This document shows positions 1 through 10,864 of a stretch of DNA of 64,000 nt, piece after piece. Source of the stretch: Octopus bimaculoides. Its lineage: Eukaryota. Position numbers and translations under genes: made by a program. The first letter of the stretch is position 1. Each line of letters begins with the position of its first letter. A model generated the notes under the pieces. The model saw only the letters and a list, made by a program, of their open reading frames with translations. It was not told where the DNA came from and searched no databases. The stretch lies in contig NC_068983.1 in the NCBI RefSeq assembly GCF_001194135.2, positions 111,879,822 through 111,943,821 on the forward strand, given 5' to 3'.

Positions 1-480
1 TGCCCGAATGCTTCAATTACCTCTTCTCTATTTAAGAATGTTTTATTGCATATGAAATGCTGAAAATGCTTAAATAAATGATAATAATTAGGGGAGATAT
101 CAGAGGAATAGGGAAGATGTTGCAAAATCTTATAATTCAGGCTTTACAACTTTTGGACCATAGCTTGAGAAGTGTGAGAACGTGCATTGTCATAGAGCAA
201 AATTGGGCCATCTCTATTCACTAGTTTGGGTTGCTTCTTTTTCAAATTCTCATGCATACAATCAATTTCCTGGCAATACAATGTTGTTGTTACTGTGTTT
301 CCTTGTTGCTAAAATGAATAATTAATAACCTCCTTCACAGACCACCATACAGTGACTACTAACCTTTTGGAGTGCAATGGTGGTTTTGGGTAGTGTTTAG
401 GTGACTCTCCTGCATCTAATCACTGTCCTGTTCTCCTGTTGTTGTCAAAGAGTATCCATTTCTCATCACATGTAATGAGA
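1..480 (-). mobile_element. Decayed mariner transposase fragment (catalytic region), running off the window start
   Basis: The minus strand translates to LITCDEKWI (451-480), LDAGESPKHYPKPPLHSKRLVVTVWWS (about 340-420) and LVNRDGPILLYDNARSH (about 175-225). These match the mariner motifs RIVTGDEKW and LLHDNARPH. Stops and frameshifts are present. Confidence 0.85.
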
Positions 481-512
481 TCTGGACTTCTTAGAGTTCT
501 GGACTTTTGGAA

Positions 513-1063
513 TTCTGCTGTCACAGTCTTCAGATTTTAGCTCTTGCATGTAATGAGGATTCAATGGACGAAAATTCAATTCTTTACATAACAATGTATG
601 TATCGTGTGTCTTGTCAGTCCACTTTCATGAGTTGATGTGTTGATTTTTGCAGGCTGTGGTTAAACATTTCCTGCACTGTTGCTACATTCTACACTGTTG
701 CTACATTCTACACTGATTGGGAGGTAGTCGGAAGGCCACTCCTTCTTGCATCGTTTACAGAGCCAGTGGTCATCAGCTTTGCATGATAACTTTTAATTGT
801 CTCTGGATGTAGTGTTGCATGCTTACCTTTCTATGCATGCCACCATCAATGAAACAAAACAATGGAATTCCACACTTCATAACGTGCTGCTATCTTAGCT
901 TGCTCCTGAACAGTCAAGCGACTGGCCATCGAGAAAGAAGAAATAAGAAAATAAGAAATCCCCATTAGTGTTGTCTGTTTCAAAAATGTTATCATCATGA
1001 CTTCAGTGATACTAAAAATTCTATAAGTAATTTCTAATACCTAGTTACTTTCCACCTGCCCTG
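513..1063 (-). mobile_element. 5' fragment of a second Tc1/mariner-superfamily element with a DUF4817-like N-terminal HTH
   Basis: The minus strand reads ...AARYEVWNSI...HPETIK...AKLMTTGSVNDARRSGLPTT...SGLTRHTIHTLLCKELNFRPLNPHYMQELKSEDCD. A terminus TA-CAGGG lies at 1063. An 18-19 bp tandem duplication sits at about 675-715. Confidence 0.7.
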
Positions 1064-1511
1064 TATATATATAAGTCAATAATCTAATATAATATATAAA
1101 TTAAAAACGTAAAAATAAAAACAAAACACAAAGTATTCTGCGGTGCACGTGTTTCAAGCTTTATAGTTGTTGCATCATTATTGGTATATAATTGATAGTA
1201 TAAAGCTATCTTCAGCCGCAAATATATTCTTTCCCAAGAATTATATCACAAAGAAGAAATTAAAAGAGGGAGAAACATGAGAGATAAAAGGTGAGAGTCC
1301 ACTTGGTATANNNNNNNNNNNNNNNNNNNNNNNNNNNNNNNNNNNNNNNNNNNNNNNNNNNNNNNNNNNNNNNNNNNNNNNNNNNNNNNNNNNNNNNNNN
1401 NNNNNNNNNNNNNNNNNNNNNNNNNNNNNNNNNNNNNNNNNNNNNNNNNNNNNNNNNNNNNNTATATATATATATATATATATATATGTGTATATATATA
1501 AACATGCATAT

Positions 1512-2200
1512 ATGGGTACAGGATGTCACTAAAGGTGCAAATAACATACACATGAGAGATATGAGATGTGGGCAGTAATTACAGGACAAAAACAGGTGAA
1601 ATATGTAAACAAGAAAAAAATGGAAAACAGGACCCTTCACTAGAAAAGGACCTTTCATCAGTTGTTGGCTGTCTATCTATTCCCCATTTCGGAGGTTTGA
1701 AACAACAATATGAGTCTTCAAAGACATTTGCTCCCATAAATTCTAAAATAAAATTTAGGATTTATGGAGAGTCAAAGTTGGGAACAGAAAAATAACAGTG
1801 GAGACATTCAAGGAAACTGAACGTTAATCCAGAACGAAAGGAGAATAGTGAACGCTGGGAGAGACATTTTTTGAAAAGAGAAAAGATGGTAGAGAGAGAA
1901 AAAACGTCCAGTCGTTTAGACATCCAAGCAGGAAAAGAAAGATTGTCACATGAGGAAAAGAAGGATGGACGATGGTCACGTGTGAGCAATGAGAGAGAGA
2001 GAAAGGGAAAGAGGGGAGAGCGAGAGAGACAAAGAGACAGATAGAGAATGGTGAAGGAAGGAGGTGGAGAAAGGGAATTAGAGAAGAGTGGAGGAAGAAG
2101 TAAGCAAAGACGTAAAGAAGAAAACAGTACAGAGTTGAGAGTCACACAAATATGGGTGAAGAGAGCTTAGTTGAGAATGGATGGGTCACGTTCAATTAAA
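1512..2200. mobile_element. Interspersed repeat, probably derived from a Penelope-like element terminus; related copy at 21050-21345
   Basis: Collinear similarity with 21050-21300 (gggtacagga...aatggaaaaca...gttgt(t/c)ggctgt..tatcta.tcc.catttcg...gtcttc...ttgctccca.aaa...aaaataaaattt.ggattt). The 21050 copy abuts a Penelope endonuclease C-terminus. Confidence 0.5.
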
Positions 2201-2234
2201 TAAATAAATAATATAATCTATATCTATAAAAGAG

Positions 2235-2273
<39 letters not shown>

Positions 2274-3644
2274 AAATGTTCCTTATGCATTTCAAAACTG
2301 AGTTGCCGATTTTAACATATGGNNNNNNNNNNNNNNNNNNNNNNNNNNNNNNNNNNNNNNNNNNNNNNNNNNNNNNNNNNNNNNNNNNNNNNNNNNNNNN
2401 NNNNNNNNNNNNNNNNNNNNNNNNNNNNNNNNNNNNNNNNNNNNNNNNNNNNNNNNNNNNNNNNNNNNNNNNNNNNNNNNNNNNNNNNNNNNNNNNNNNN
2501 NNNNNNNNNNNNNNNNNNNNNNNNNNNNNNNNNNNNNNNNNNNNNNNNNNNNNNNNNNNNNNNNNNNNNNNNNNNNNNNNNNNNNNNNNNNNNNNNNNNN
2601 NNNNNNNNNNNNNNNNNNNNNNNNNNNNNNNNNNNNNNNNNNNNNNNNNNNNNNNNNNNNNNNNNNNNNNNNNNNNNNNNNNNNNNNNNNNNNNNNNNNN
2701 NNNNNNNNNNNNNNNNNNNNNNNNNNNNNNNNNNNNNNNNNNNNNNNNNNNNNNNNNNNNNNNNNNNNNNNNNNNNNNNNNNNNNNNNNNNNCTCTCTCT
2801 CTCTCTCTCTCTCCTTTTCTTCACTTTCTCTTTTCTTTCAATTTCTGCTCTCTTCAAAGCATAAAGAAATTAATTATTATGGAATGACCGAATGAAATGC
2901 AGAATGAGAAAAAAGACAGAGAAACAAGAGAAAGAAATAGAGACAGAAAACAAGTTTCTATAGAAGTTGAAAGACGGATAGCGGGTGAGAGACAGACACT
3001 GATGTTTCATACCCTATGTATTTTCTATAGCTGATAGTGAAAGAAAGCCTGCACAAAAAGTGAGGGAAAGCAGGAGAGAAGGGGATGCCGAGAACCCCAG
3101 AAATGAGGTCATGTCGTACAATTTTAAGGTCATTTTCACTTTCATTCCATGTTTCACACATGCATAGAATTAGGCATTATCTTTCTCTTTCAGTTTTTCA
3201 TTGTAAAGCACGAAGACCTTCTGCTCTTAACATATTACAACTTCACTACATTTCCTTCTTTTGAAATTAAGAAAGGTATGCAAAAATAACTTCCTTTGGC
3301 ACACACAGAGTTAAAGTTCTGTATGAATTGCTGTGCAGTAAATTACAGCTCAAATCCCATGGAAATTATCTTTTCCTATTCTGTCATTCCTGTTTGTGAT
3401 GAGTATATTTCAAAACCTGATCTATTTAAACTTACAAGGAAGTTATTTCAGAAATCCTGTCCTTTACCTGTTGTTTCTAGCATGTCCGACATGACATTTG
3501 CATACATCCCACCTTATTTCTTTCCTCAATTTCTCACATTCCTATGTTTTCCACACAGGAGATTTGCATTTCACCCAAATGCAAGTAGCTAATGGGTGGC
3601 TGAGGCAGGGGAAGAGGCATTCAGTATTTTCAGAAAATTAAAAT

Positions 3645-4280
3645 TTTCTTACGCTGCTTCATATTGATGTACAGGCACCATTTTTCATCGCCGGTAGTGA
3701 TTCGGTAAAGAAATCATTGCTTGTGTCCATGAGTTGAGCGGTGATGAGCAAGCAAACCAGCGGAGATTGTGGCTTGTTGATTTTTGTTGCTGTCACTTAA
3801 AGCATGCAGAACCCATGCTCCATACTGCTGAACCCTTCTCTTGTCTTTTGATGAGAATTTTCGTGCAAATGTTGGTTTAATCACTATTCATCAAACTCAA
3901 CTGGATGGCCAGAATGAGGTGCGTCTTTGAGGTCAACATTTTCATTTTTGAACTTGGCATACCAATCATGAGTGGTTCTTTCAGCTATGTCACCCTATCC
4001 ATACACAGCAGAAATGTCACAAGCAGCTTTTGCAGCCTTAGAAACTTGATTAAATGCAAAATGAAGGTGTTGAAAATGCTCGTTTTTCTTAACTTGACAT
4101 TCCATTTTAATTATCTGAAAATAAACAAAAATTAACTAAAATTAACTAGAAAAAAAACAAAATAGATTCCAAAATGATTCAAAAATAAAATTCTTGAAAA
4201 AAATAGATTCCAAAATTTAAAAATGCAATAAATTCCAAAAATTAAAAAAAGACGGCGGGGACTTAGTTGCCAACCCAATA
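3645..4280 (-). mobile_element. 5' half of a decayed mariner element with TIR
   Basis: Minus-strand terminus TA-TTGGGTTGGCAACTAAG at 4280. The remnant ORF from about 4104 reads MECQVKKNEHFQHL...KAAKAACDISAVYG*GDIAERTTHDWYAKFKNENVDLKDAPHSGHP and later ITTGDEKWCLYINMKQRK. Confidence 0.9.
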
Positions 4281-4356
4281 TATGTATATGTATATATATT
4301 TATATATATGCATATGTATATATACATATATATATATATGCATATGTAAATCCAAA

Positions 4357-4914
4357 GCCTCTGCCAGGGGTGTAGCCAGCCCACTTATGCATACCTTTCC
4401 TTCATTGGACACTAAACTCCACTTACGAAGACCTGTTGAGGTAAGTGAAATCGAACTAAATTCGACGACTGGCACCCATGCCAATGTCGTCTCCTTCATT
4501 GCACACACTACTTGGCTTGCGAAGACCTGTTGGGGCAAACGAAAGTGAAATCGTGATGGCACCTGTGCCTAGCGTCACCTTCCTGGCACTTGTGCCAGTG
4601 GCACGTGTAAAGACATTCGAGCAAGATCGTTGCCAGTGCCGCTGGACTGACTCCTGTGCAGGTAGCACGTGAAATACACCATTTTGAGCGTGGCCATTGC
4701 CAGTCCCGCTTGAATGGCCTTCGTGCCGGTGGCACGTAAAAGCACCCACTACATGCTCAGAGTGGTTGGCGTTGGGAAGGGCATCCAGCTGTAGAAACTC
4801 TGCCAAATCAGATTGGAGCCTCGTGTTGCCATCTGGTTTCACCAGTCCTCAGTCAAATCATCCAACCCATGCTAGCATGGAAAGCAGACATTAAACGATG
4901 ATGATGATGATGAT
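4357..4914 (+). mobile_element. 5'-truncated RTE-type LINE (3'UTR only) ending in (GAT)n
   Basis: Same sequence as 29596-30298, which follows an RTE-like ORF end. It ends ...CCCATGCTAGCATGGAAAGCAGACATTAAACGATGATGATG. Confidence 0.8.
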
Positions 4915-5311
4915 ATATATATATATATATATATAGATGAAGACAGAAACATATAGAGTTCAAGGAATCCAATACAGTTCAGTTCTTCTTTTATACCAAT
5001 TACAGAACTTTGGTAAAACAAATGTGGATAGCATCAGTATCATAAGAACTAAAATGCTTAAATGAAATGAGGACAATGTGTTTAATACTGCTGCTAGCAT
5101 TGTTTGTGTCACGGAAATCATTGTTGACCACAATATACTTCCAAAGAAATGTATATCACAAACAAAATTTATTGTTAGGTATTTATATACACTTTGGAGC
5201 AACAGCAAAAAAAAAAAAAAACTGAATGGATAGTAAACATGAAACAATGGAAGAATGAAAGGCTTTGAAGGAAAATAAAGGCAATAATATTTCATTCGGG
5301 AGAGATCAGAG

Positions 5312-5313
<2 letters not shown>

Positions 5314-5342
<29 letters not shown>

Positions 5343-5358
5343 CAGTGGTAGCAGCGGT

Positions 5359-5402
<44 letters not shown>

Positions 5403-5455
5403 TAGTAGTAGTAGCTGTAGCAGTAGTGGTGATGGTGGTGACGGTGGTCCTGCCA
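5314..5455. repeat. Compound trinucleotide repeat (AGT)n/(AGC)n/(GGT)n
   Basis: Seen directly. It explains the poly-A/poly-V ORF at 5345. Confidence 0.9.
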
Positions 5456-5805
5456 CCACTGACTGGGGCGAATGAAGTTAGTCAAACTGGTAATATTACA
5501 GCTTGTTTATTAAAAAATTATTTTTACACCTCGTTGAATGCTACAAATCAATAACAAAAATTCTTCCCCTAGGTATTAAATGTATCTATATGCAAAACTA
5601 TTTGTGTGTATATTAACATATATACATTGTAGCTATGAATTTATATATTTGTATATACAAAATGAGAGAAAAAGAGAGTGAGGGAGATACATATGCACAA
5701 TGTGCACTTAAATGCACACCCTGTGTAAATATACAATGCATACACACACACACATATATATATCATGTTTATATATACCTATATATAATGTATATATGGG
5801 TGTGT

Positions 5806-6130
5806 GAAGGCACACGGCTCAGTGGTTTGAGTGGCAGGCTCTCAATCATAAGTTAGTGAGTTTGACTCCCAAACCGGGTTGTGTGTTGTGTTCTTGAGCA
5901 AGACACTTTGTTTCACATTGCTCCAGTTCACTCAGCTGTAGAAATGAGTTGCGACGTCACTGGTGCCAAGTTGTATTAGCCATTGCCTTTCCCTTGGACA
6001 ACATTGGTGGTGTGGAGAGGGGAGGCTGGTATGTATAGGCGCCTGCTGGTCCAGACATGTACCTCAGAGGGGAACACTTCTGGGAGCAATCCGATGGTCA
6101 TTCATGACCAAAGAGGGGACTTTACTCTTT
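5806..6130 (+). mobile_element. tRNA-headed SINE
   Basis: A-box-like GGCTCAGTGGTT and B-box-like GAGTTTGACTCCC, followed by GTGTTCTTGAGCAAGACAC. A related, decayed minus-strand copy lies at 46530-46740. Confidence 0.7.
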
Positions 6131-6144
6131 CTCCTTTATCTTTT

Positions 6145-6191
<47 letters not shown>

Positions 6192-6993
6192 NNNNNNNNN
6201 NNNNNNNNNNNNNNNNNNNNNNNNNNNNNNNNNNNNNNNNNNNNNNNNNNNNNNNNNNNNNNNNNNNNNNNNNNNNNNNNNNNNNNNNNNNNNNNNNNNN
6301 NNNNNNNNNNNNNNNNNNNNNNNNNNNNNNNNNNNNNNNNNNNNNNNNNNNNNNNNNNNNNNNNNNNNNNNNNNNNNNNNNNNNNNNNNNNNNNNNNNNN
6401 NNNNNNNNNNNNNNNNNNNNNNNNNNNNNNNNNNNNNNNNNNNNNNNNNNNNNNNNNNNNNNNNNNNNNNNNNNNNNNNNNNNNNNNNNNNNNNNNNNNN
6501 NNNNNNNNNNNNNNNNNNNNNNNNNNNNNNNNNNNNNNNNNNNNNNNNNNNNNNNNNNNNNNNNNNNNNNNNNNNNNNNNNNNNNNNNNNNNNNNNNNNN
6601 NNNNNNNNNNNNNNNNNNNNNNNNNNNNNNNNNNNNNNNNNNNNNNNNNNNNNNNNNNNNNNNNNNNNNNNNNNNNNNNNNNNNNNNNNNNNNNNNNNNN
6701 NNNNNNNNNNNNNNNNNNNNNNNNNNNNNNNNNNNNNNNNNNNNNNNNNNNNNNNNNNNNNNNNNNNNNNNNNNNNNNNNNNNNNNNNNNNNNNNNTATT
6801 CCTGCAGAACCAATGTGGGGTATAGAATATGGAATATACAATATATAATATAATATACAATATATAATATAAAATAAAATAAAATAAAATAAAAATGGAT
6901 GGCACCATGAAAGAAAGTATTGAATGTAGATGAAATATTGAGTGTTCAATATAAAGGATCAAATATATAAATATATAAATATAAATATATAAA

Positions 6994-7034
6994 GGCGACT
7001 CGAGTTTCAGGGCTAGTTCCCTTCGTCTTGGCCG
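6994..7034 (-). ncRNA. Minimal type-I hammerhead-ribozyme-like motif (Penelope-type) with a variant core
   Basis: The minus strand reads ccGGC-CAAGACGA-AGGG(aactag)CCCT-GAAAC-tcga-GTC-GCC. Stem I (GGC/GCC), stem II (4 bp), GAAA, a short palindromic stem III and a GUC site are all present. The 5' core is CAAGACGA rather than CUGAnGA. Confidence 0.55.
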
Positions 7035-7083
7035 GTATGACAGACTTTAACAGACCTGTTAAAGTGACAAAGGCACTAATCAG

Positions 7084-7183
7084 TACCAGAATTGCTAGAA
7101 ATAAGAATCTCTATCTTAATGACTGACAAGAATGCTTCTGTGGCTATTGAGTTGTTTTGACTCTTATTTCTAGCAATACTGGT
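7084..7183. repeat. Small hairpin or MITE-like element with about 25 bp arms, next to a 22-bp palindrome at 7044-7065
   Basis: ACCAGAATTGCTAGAAATAAGA pairs with TCTTATTTCTAGCAATACTGGT. The palindrome is ACTTTAACAG-ac-CTGTTAAAGT. Confidence 0.6.
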
Positions 7184-7324
7184 GCCCTTTCTAGCAATAA
7201 TATTGTACTTTGTTACTTTAGTGATGTATATATTTCTGCCATTAGGTTGTAAAATTAGCCACCCATATTATTTGCTTGTGTGTGTGTGCATGTATATATA
7301 TACACCTATATATAATGTACATTG

Positions 7325-7333
7325 CATGCGCGC

Positions 7334-7383
<50 letters not shown>
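7325..7383. repeat. (CG)10 directly joined to (TG)n; alternating purine-pyrimidine tract
   Basis: Seen directly at 7329-7382. Confidence 0.9.
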
Positions 7384-7385
<2 letters not shown>

Positions 7386-8235
7386 TTGCTGAAGCTCGAA
7401 AGTCTTCACAAACAATTACTCAGTTTCATGTGATTGATCATCAAACAGCTGTGAATATTTTGAAAAATATGATGCTCTATAAATGTTTATAAATGGTGCA
7501 GTGATAATTATTTAGTAACTCTTCAGCAAAATATTCAAAGCTGATTGGACAGAGTGTTATTACTTTAAAAAAACATAACTGCAGTCTTTTGAGTGCAAAC
7601 AATTGAATGCTGACAAAAAAATACCACTATTGAAAAAACAAGGTGAAATTTAATTAAAAACTGAATAACATAAATTGCCTATATATGTGGAAATCAGAAT
7701 AATAATTACAAGGGCTAAAAAAGCCCTTTCAGATATCAAGCTTTAGAGAAAATATGTAATAAAAACACAGCAATTTTAATCTGCGAATTGCACTTTGTGG
7801 AAATTTTCCATTGTGCAAAGCTTGATCTGGCTTCCTTTATTACTTCTAATGGATTAAATCTATAAAGAAATGAAAATTGAGTTACCAGCTTTTAAAAAGT
7901 GTATACATTTTATTGAGACACCCTGTATGTATGTGCATGCATGTGAGCATGCGCATGTGTGTGTCTGTGTGTGTAAGTGTGCTTGTGTGTGTGTAAGGAA
8001 AATTGATTCAGTCATCGGGTGTTGAATAGGAACGCTTTGCAATATTGGTTCTACATATATACATATATATAGTCATATATATATATAAACATAATTAAGG
8101 GACCAGCAACAGTTGCTTCACCACATACCGAAGTTCAGAAATAGCAGCTAAAGTGCTAAAACTCCAACAGATAGCAATACTTCTAACTCACAAAGGAAAA
8201 ACAAGGAGAAAAAACAACGAAACTAACCAGTCGTG

Positions 8236-8321
<86 letters not shown>

Positions 8322-8329
8322 AATAAATA

Positions 8330-8680
8330 ATACAAAATGGGACAAGAATGCAAAACATCCAGACAGTTAGGTGATACAAGAAAGGGACAACAAAACATCC
8401 AGATAGACGATACAAAGAAAACAAGGACAGGTCATTTTGAGTTTTCTTTCCTCAGTCGAGTTCCAGATTATCTTGGCAATTTCGGCTGGTTATTCTCGAT
8501 ATTGCTCCAATCTATCCGGCCCCAAGGAAAAACTAAGCTAAGAGCATTAGATTCCTTGGAAGAAAGCAGCGAATGTATACAAAAACAAGGATGAAAAAAA
8601 CGAACAATGTTACACAAATACAATAAAAATAAAAACTGGACATAACAACAGATGTCTTTCAACTAAGGACAAATTAAATT
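8330..8680. mobile_element. Interspersed repeat of unknown class (possibly a Penelope-like terminus); second copy at 9013-9192
   Basis: TTTCCTCAGTCGAGTTCCAGATTAT...GATTCCTTGGAAGAAAGCAGC...AATGTTACACA occurs at both loci. Confidence 0.6.
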
Positions 8681-8701
8681 AAGCTGGAGTGTGTATATAT
8701 T

Positions 8702-8762
<61 letters not shown>

Positions 8763-8964
8763 ATGTCTGTGTTTATATACATGTATGCATGTATACCAAA
8801 GGGAACCACTTTAAGCTAATTATTTCTGAAAGTTGCAAGGTAACCTTACTAATAGTGATGCCACAAAATAGAAAAATAATCAATACATTCTGTAAAGTGG
8901 TTGGCATTAGGAAAGCCATCCATCTGAAGAAACCATATCACAACCAACATTTCTTCAACTCATC

Positions 8965-9002
<38 letters not shown>

Positions 9003-9190
9003 NNNNNNNNNNGAATTCTTTCCTCAGTCGAGTTCCAGATTATTTTTGCAATTATGGCTGGGTATACTCGAGCTTGCTCCAATCTGGCCAGCCCCAAGCA
9101 AAAACTAAACAAATAGCTTTAGATTCCTTGGAAGAAAGCAGCAAATGGATATGAAAACAAGGATGGGAAAAAAACGAAGAATGTTACACA

Positions 9191-9230
<40 letters not shown>

Positions 9231-9430
9231 AGGGTGGATGGATGGATGGGTGGATAGATAAAGATGTAGATATACTAATGCTTGTTTTATGTTCACTTAC
9301 AATAAAAACACTTTTGCATTAATCTCAAGGACTCCTCCATATCTTTCTAGAGTACAAATTTATTTTCCTTTAACAAGAATAGTATTCACAATGACTGAAG
9401 TTCTAGCTAGCTAAGCCATCATCATATATA

Positions 9431-9499
<69 letters not shown>

Positions 9500-9520
9500 T
9501 CACATATATACATATATACA

Positions 9521-10792
9521 TATTGGATCATCCCATAAATAATGCGATTTGTTATACTTCTTTTATTTTTTTCAAAATTAAGATAAACAAAGTTCTTTTT
9601 AAATCTAAAGTATACTCTCCTTAATTTTCTACAATACTCTTCCGTCTATCTGGTAGTCTTGCAAGGACCCCCTTCCAAATTTCACTTGTCTGTGAGGAAA
9701 AATACTTCTCCAGTACTCTTCTGACCTCGTCTACAGAATTCATATTTTTTCCATTCAAATGATTTTGAAGACTGCATAATGAATGATAATCAAATGAGGT
9801 AATGTCTGGTGAATATGATGGATGAATATTGTTTCCCATTGAAACTGCTCCAGCTTTTGAAATGTCATCCTTGGTGTATGTGGCTGAGCATTATCCTATT
9901 GGAAGAACATCTTTTTCTTGAAACCAAAGATGGTCATTTTCTTTCTAGCACTGACTTAAGCCTCTCAAGCTGCTTGCAGTAGATCTCCTTTATTGTTTGG
10001 TTTGGGTTTAACAGTTCAAAGTAGACTAAATCTTTCATATTCCACCAAACAGATAACAACACCTTTTGTGGGTGAAGCTCTTCTTTAGCCTGGGGTACCA
10101 GTGTTTCTCCTTTCCCTATCCAGTATCTTCGGCACTTGACACTTTTATAGAGAACCCATTTCTCATCATCAGTCTTTATTCAGTCCAAAAAAGATTCATC
10201 CGTGAGACATGACAGCAAAGACGAACACACATTCACTCACTACATGTGATTAGACTCGGAAAGTATGTGAGGAACCCATTGACCCAATTTGCTGACTTTT
10301 CCAATGGCACACAGGTGTCGATGAATGACCAAATCCAAGTTTCTTTGCTATTTCCTCAACAGTTACGATAGGATTTTGTTCCACCAGGGTTTTGCAGGAC
10401 ATCCTCGTCAAGCTCTTCAGATCTTCCAGAATGAGGCTCATCTTCTAGGCTGTAGTTTCCAGCTTAGAATTTCTGGAACCACCATTGGCACTGGCTAACG
10501 TTTATTGTCTGATCCCCATATACTGCATTAATATTCCTTGCACTTTCCATTATGTTGTTGCCTTTATTGAACTCATAAGCAAAACATGCCAAATATGCTT
10601 CTTTGTCCCTTCCATTATAGCTTTGAAAAAATAACTGTTAATATTGAACTGCACTCTTCAAAACTTGCACTAAGAATAAAACAAAAGTAAAATTACTTCT
10701 TGTTTTATAGCAAGTTGATGCAGGTTTATTCCATCACCCTCTGACCTTTAGTTCATGCAACTGAAAAAACTGCATTATTCATGGGATATATA
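9521..10792 (-). mobile_element. Near full-length decayed mariner element (about 1.27 kb)
   Basis: Imperfect TIRs (TCCCATAAATAATGCG at 9530; TGCATTATTCATGGGA at 10771). The minus-strand remnant HPSYSPDITSFDYHSLCSLQNHLNGK matches the mariner YSPDLAPSD motif, and an N-terminal KTLVEQNPIVTVEEIAKKLGF is present. Confidence 0.9.
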
Positions 10793-10864
10793 GATGTGTG
10801 TGTGTGTGTATGCATATGTATAAATATATATATGTATATGTGTGTGTATATGTATATATATATA

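Noticed and set aside
4550-4750. Regularly repeated GTGCC.GTGGCAC units that might suggest a CRISPR-like array
   Set aside because: The sequence between units is also homologous and the block recurs in dispersed retroelement copies in a eukaryotic context. There are no unique spacers and no cas genes.
8200-8236. GAAAC-TAACCA-GTC resembling a hammerhead 3' half
   Set aside because: There is no CUGAnGA or stem II upstream.
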